Below are positions 60,445 through 64,000 of a stretch of 64,000 nucleotides of DNA, piece after piece. How positions within the stretch are numbered: the stretch's first letter is position 1; each line of letters opens with the position of its first letter. A program made the translations under genes and the position numbers. Below the pieces are notes generated by a model. It did no database searches. It saw nothing but the letters and a program-made list of their open reading frames with translations, and was not told the origin of the DNA. The stretch comes from Longimicrobiales bacterium (GTDB lineage Bacteria; Gemmatimonadota; Gemmatimonadetes; Longimicrobiales; Gaopeijiaceae). The stretch lies in assembly GCA_963422615.1 (NCBI GenBank), contig OY730414.1:1720302-1784301 (forward strand), given 5' to 3'.

Positions 60445-61456
60445 TCCCGGGCGCGGACCGGGGATCGGGGTTGTCGGTGTGGGTGCCCTGGGCCGCCACC
60501 ATGCTCGCATCGTCCGGGATCTGGAAGGAGTCGTCTCGTCGGGCGTCTTCGACACCGACAAACGGCGGGGCGCGGTCGTGGCCCGGTCCCTGGGCGTTCA
60601 AGCCAGGTCCTCTTTGGAAGAGCTCCTGGCCGCCAGCGACGGAGTGGTGGTTGCCGTGCCCACGAGGGCCCACGAAGCCGTATCATGCGAAGCCATTGGG
60701 GCCGGGGTTCACGTTTTCGTGGAAAAACCCCTGGCCCCCGATCTGGAGAGCGCCGACCGGATGATCGCGGCGGCTCGGGATCGGGGCCTGGTCATTCAAG
60801 TCGGACATGTGGAGCGATTCAACCCGGTGGTGGTTGCGGCCCGGCTCTACCTGGACCAGCCCCTGTTTGTGGAGTCGCACCGTCTGGCGCCCTTTACCCA
60901 CCGTTCTTTGGACGTGGCCGTGGTGTCGGACTTGATGATTCACGACGTGGACCTCGTGGGGAGCTTGGTGGGGACGTCGGTGACCAGCTTGGCAGCCGCG
61001 GGGGTGCCCGTTCTCTCTCCCTATCCGGATGTCGCCAACGCTCGCTTGGGATTCGAAGGCGGAGCCGTTGCCAACCTGACGGCCAGCCGCGTTTCGGTCA
61101 CGAAGGTGAGGAAGCTGCGGGTATGGCAGCGGTCCGGCTACGTTTCTCTGGATTTGGCCGGGAGGAGCGGGGTGTTCTATCGGCTGAAGGACGGCGTTTC
61201 TCCCTTTGACCGGCCGCCTCCGTCTCCAGAAGCGCCCACGTTGCCCGGTCTGGCGTCCATCGTGGACCGGATTCCGATTCTGGGCGATGATTCCGAGCCC
61301 CTCGCCGCCGAGCTGGGCTCATTTCGCGACGCCATCGAGGGTCTGGCGCCGCCTCCCGTCACCGGCGACGATGGACGCCGGGCTCTGGAACTTTCCCTGG
61401 CCATTGAACAACAGATTGAGGAACATGTCGCTCATACGGGTTCGGCGCCGTCGTAA
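60404..61456 (+). CDS. Gfo/Idh/MocA oxidoreductase, GnnA-like (UDP-GlcNAc 3-dehydrogenase candidate)
   Basis: GVGALG, VEKP, GHVERFNP, DLMIHDVD; lies between lpxA and lpxB. The start is uncertain. Confidence 0.8.
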   Translation: MTSSGTANAASPSDPGRGPGIGVVGVGALGRHHARIVRDLEGVVSSGVFDTDKRRGAVVARSLGVQARSSLEELLAASDGVVVAVPTRAHEAVSCEAIGAGVHVFVEKPLAPDLESADRMIAAARDRGLVIQVGHVERFNPVVVAARLYLDQPLFVESHRLAPFTHRSLDVAVVSDLMIHDVDLVGSLVGTSVTSLAAAGVPVLSPYPDVANARLGFEGGAVANLTASRVSVTKVRKLRVWQRSGYVSLDLAGRSGVFYRLKDGVSPFDRPPPSPEAPTLPGLASIVDRIPILGDDSEPLAAELGSFRDAIEGLAPPPVTGDDGRRALELSLAIEQQIEEHVAHTGSAPS

Positions 61457-61559
61457 GCGGGAGTGGATCAACGTGAAGAAGGGGAAATCCCCGGGGACCC
61501 TCGTCCTTCTCCTGGGGGTCGTCCTGGTGGCGATCTGGTTTCTTGGACGGGCGTTCTGA
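61425..61559 (+). CDS. 44-aa small membrane protein (basic N-terminus, single C-terminal TM)
   Basis: MSLIRVRRRRKREWINVKKGKSPGTLVLLLGVVLVAIWFLGRAF with GAGG SD; it fills the gap between the oxidoreductase and lpxB. Confidence 0.55.
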   Translation: MSLIRVRRRRKREWINVKKGKSPGTLVLLLGVVLVAIWFLGRAF

Positions 61560-61609
61560 CCGAGGGGATTCCCCGCCCCGGGTCGGCTCGTTCGCCGCGG
61601 CTGCGCCGG

Positions 61610-62734
61610 GTGATGATCCTCGCGGGCGAAGCCTCCGGGGACGCCTATGGCGCCCGGGTTGCCCTGGAGATTCGCCGCCGGTGGCCTGGCGCCGAGATGG
61701 AGGGATTGGGGGGCGAACACATGGCTGCTGCAGGGGTTCGCCTTCTCATGGATCTGGATCAGTTGGCGGTCATGGGGTTCGTTGAGGTGGTCAAGCGGCT
61801 TCGATTCTTCCTGCGTCTCGAGAGGCGGCTGAAGCGCCGTCTCGCTCAAGGCCGCTTTGACTTGGTGCTGCCCATCGACTACCCGGGTCTCAACCTGAGA
61901 ATCGCCGCCGAAGCAACCGGCCTCGGGATTCCGGTCCTGTACTACGTCGGACCACAGGTCTGGGCCTGGAGGGCCGGGCGCGCCAAGCGGTTGTCCCGGA
62001 TGGCGACCCGGATCGCGGTGATCCTCCCGTTCGAGGCGAAGCTTTACGAAGCGCGAGGAGGGCACGCGGAGTTCGTCGGCCACCCGCTGCTGGACGAGGT
62101 GGACCGAGCCGACCCCGGAGAGCTGGCCCGGGAACTCGGCGTGGATCCGGACACCCCGGTCTTGGCCCTCTTTCCAGGATCTCGGTGGCAGGAACTGGAA
62201 CGCCACACACGTCCCTTCACGGCGACCGCTCTGGAACTCCAGCGGCGTATCCCTGCGCTCAACGTGGTGGTGGGCAAGTCCTCCTCTCTTCCCGAGTCGG
62301 CGTACCAGCCCTTTCCGTTTCCGGTGACGGAAGACGGCGCCTCCCTGCGAGCCCTGGCCACTGCCGGCTTGGTCAAGTCGGGAACAAGTACCCTTGAGGC
62401 GGCCCTTTCGAATCTGCCGTTCGTGGTTGCGTACGTGACCCACCCCGTGACCTACTTCTTGGCGCGTCGGTTGGTACGGGTCCCGCATGTCGCGTTGGCA
62501 AACCTGGTTGTCGGCAGGCGGGTCGTGCCGGAGTTCCTGCAAGAAGAAGCAAACCCCGGGTCCCTTGCCGACGCCCTGGAACCTCTCCTCGACAAGTCCA
62601 CGTCCGAACGCCGAGCCATGCTTGCCGGCCTGGGATCCATGCGAGCGGCCTTGGGCAGACCCGGCGCGGCGGCAAGGGTGGCAGATCTGGTGGAAGAGGT
62701 CCTTCAGGAAAGTGGCAACCGAGCAGGGGCATGA
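61610..62734 (+). CDS. lpxB: lipid-A-disaccharide synthase
   Basis: AGEASGD, IDYPGLN, PQVWAWR, FVGHPL, FPGSR, KSGTSTLE. The start is uncertain (the ORF is open from 61463). Confidence 0.95.
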   Translation: MMILAGEASGDAYGARVALEIRRRWPGAEMEGLGGEHMAAAGVRLLMDLDQLAVMGFVEVVKRLRFFLRLERRLKRRLAQGRFDLVLPIDYPGLNLRIAAEATGLGIPVLYYVGPQVWAWRAGRAKRLSRMATRIAVILPFEAKLYEARGGHAEFVGHPLLDEVDRADPGELARELGVDPDTPVLALFPGSRWQELERHTRPFTATALELQRRIPALNVVVGKSSSLPESAYQPFPFPVTEDGASLRALATAGLVKSGTSTLEAALSNLPFVVAYVTHPVTYFLARRLVRVPHVALANLVVGRRVVPEFLQEEANPGSLADALEPLLDKSTSERRAMLAGLGSMRAALGRPGAAARVADLVEEVLQESGNRAGA

Positions 62735-63756
62735 CCGTTGTCGGGGTCCGCAAGGCAGTGCAGGACCTGTGGTTCTGCGGCCCGAAGGGCTGGGGGACGA
62801 GGCTACTCCTCGCTTTCTTGGCGCCCGTCCAGTATCCGTTTCGCCTGGCCGTCGGGGTCCGGAACGCCTGGTACGACCGGAAGGCGCAGCCTCCTCTTGT
62901 CCTGCCTGTGATTTCGGTCGGCAACCTGACCGTCGGAGGAACAGGGAAGACCCCCGTGATCCGCTGGCTCCGGGATTGGTTGTCCGGCACCGGTGTCAAG
63001 GTGGCCGTCGTGACCCGGGGCTATGGCGGAGACGAAGACGCCCTGTACCGGCGCTGGTTCGACCCGGACACCGTCTTCGCGGGGGCCGACCGGAAGAAGC
63101 AGGTGCATGACGTCCATGAAAGGGGCTACGAACTGGCGCTCCTGGACGACGGCTTCCAGCACAGATCCCTTGGCCGATCGCTGGACATCCTTCTGGTGGC
63201 CGCCGAAGATTCGCCTCGGGTTCGCCTCCTCCCTGGAGGCCCCTACCGGGAACCCCTCTCGGCGGCCAGGCGGGCGACCCATGTCTTGGTGGTCCGTCGT
63301 ACCGCTCCCCCCGGCGCAGCAGCGGTTTGGCGGAAGACCCTGGCCCGGGTCGTGCCGGGGGTGCCCGTACTGGATGTGGAAATGGAAATGGGAGGGTGGA
63401 GCGACTTGGCGGGCACCCCAGCGCGCCCGCCAAGGGGGGGAGTGTTGGCGACATGCGCGATCGCTCGGCCCAAGGCCTTTGCGATCGGCCTGGAGCGAAT
63501 GTTGCCCGACGCGAAGGTAGAGTTGTTGTCCTTCGCCGATCATCACGCCTATACGGCGCGCGACGTATCCACTTTGCTCTCCCGTCGGGGCGACAGGACC
63601 ATCGTTTGCACGGCAAAGGATGCCGTCAAACTCGCCTCCTTCGGGGAACTCCGACCCCACTGCACGGTGGTGGGGTTCCAGGTAACCGGTGAGCCGGAGG
63701 AGCCCCTTCGGGGCGCCCTCGCGGAGGTGGTGCGGAACCCGTGCTCATTTCCATAG
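62731..63756 (+). CDS. lpxK: tetraacyldisaccharide 4'-kinase
   Basis: VISVGNLTVGGTGKTP, TRGYG, LDDGFQH, LLPGGPYRE, FADHH, KDAVKL. Confidence 0.93.
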   Translation: MTVVGVRKAVQDLWFCGPKGWGTRLLLAFLAPVQYPFRLAVGVRNAWYDRKAQPPLVLPVISVGNLTVGGTGKTPVIRWLRDWLSGTGVKVAVVTRGYGGDEDALYRRWFDPDTVFAGADRKKQVHDVHERGYELALLDDGFQHRSLGRSLDILLVAAEDSPRVRLLPGGPYREPLSAARRATHVLVVRRTAPPGAAAVWRKTLARVVPGVPVLDVEMEMGGWSDLAGTPARPPRGGVLATCAIARPKAFAIGLERMLPDAKVELLSFADHHAYTARDVSTLLSRRGDRTIVCTAKDAVKLASFGELRPHCTVVGFQVTGEPEEPLRGALAEVVRNPCSFP

Positions 63757-64000
63757 TCTCCGTAGGGAGGGCCGGGAACTTGGCTCCCTTGATCCGGGAA
63801 TACGAACAGCGGGCGGCCAGGTATTGGCGGTTCGAGTCGGTGGAGGTTCGCCAAGGGCGGGGAAGGTCCGCTGCGGAAATCCTTTGCCGGGAAGGAGACG
63901 CTATTCTGGCTCGATTGCGTCCCGGCTTCGTCAAGGTTGCCACTACCCGGGTCGGGGACGGTCTTTCTTCCACCGAAATGGCCCGGTGGCTGGGCCGACT
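63741..64000 (+). CDS. rlmH: 23S rRNA pseudouridine(1915) N3-methyltransferase, truncated by the window edge
   Basis: Own translation from GTG 63741: MLISIVSVGRAG...IREYEQRAARY...EGDAILARL...LSSTEMARWL. Not in the ORF track. Confidence 0.75.
   Translation, partial: MLISIVSVGRAGNLAPLIREYEQRAARYWRFESVEVRQGRGRSAAEILCREGDAILARLRPGFVKVATTRVGDGLSSTEMARWLGR

Overview
A GC-rich (about 65%) bacterial chromosome segment from a diderm (LPS, BamA and Lol genes). The gene order and protein families suggest Gemmatimonadota within the FCB group; this is an inference, testable by classifying the 16S. The left half (1-39.4 kb) is mostly accessory or envelope genes: a DUF5916-type outer-membrane protein, a beta-propeller/ABC module, a DUF1592 cytochrome c-DUF1552-ankyrin operon, two barrel-less TonB-plug proteins flanking a peroxiredoxin, an ArfB-like release factor, a cold-shock gene, an internally deleted yheT-like pseudogene, a TolC/MFP/RND pump, two gamma-glutamyltransferases, a GlnRS-Yqey fusion, an M3 peptidase, head-to-head ligD/ku, tRNA-Arg and a serine hydrolase. 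The right half is core: tRNA-His, then a solitary 16S rRNA gene (no tRNA, 23S or 5S after it) followed about 190 nt later by era. After that come a porV-like gene, prfB (+1 frameshift), lysS, lolC/E-lolD, mcsA-mcsB-clpC, bamA-skp, lpxD, lpxC-fabZ, lpxA, a gnnA-like gene, a small membrane ORF, lpxB, lpxK and a truncated rlmH. I saw no CRISPR array, integrase or transposase. The most notable observations are the 16S-era linkage, the uncharacterised DUF1592/DUF1552/ankyrin system, the free plug-domain proteins and the McsB arginine-kinase module inside the envelope operon. All functional calls come from motif recognition by eye; no database search was run.
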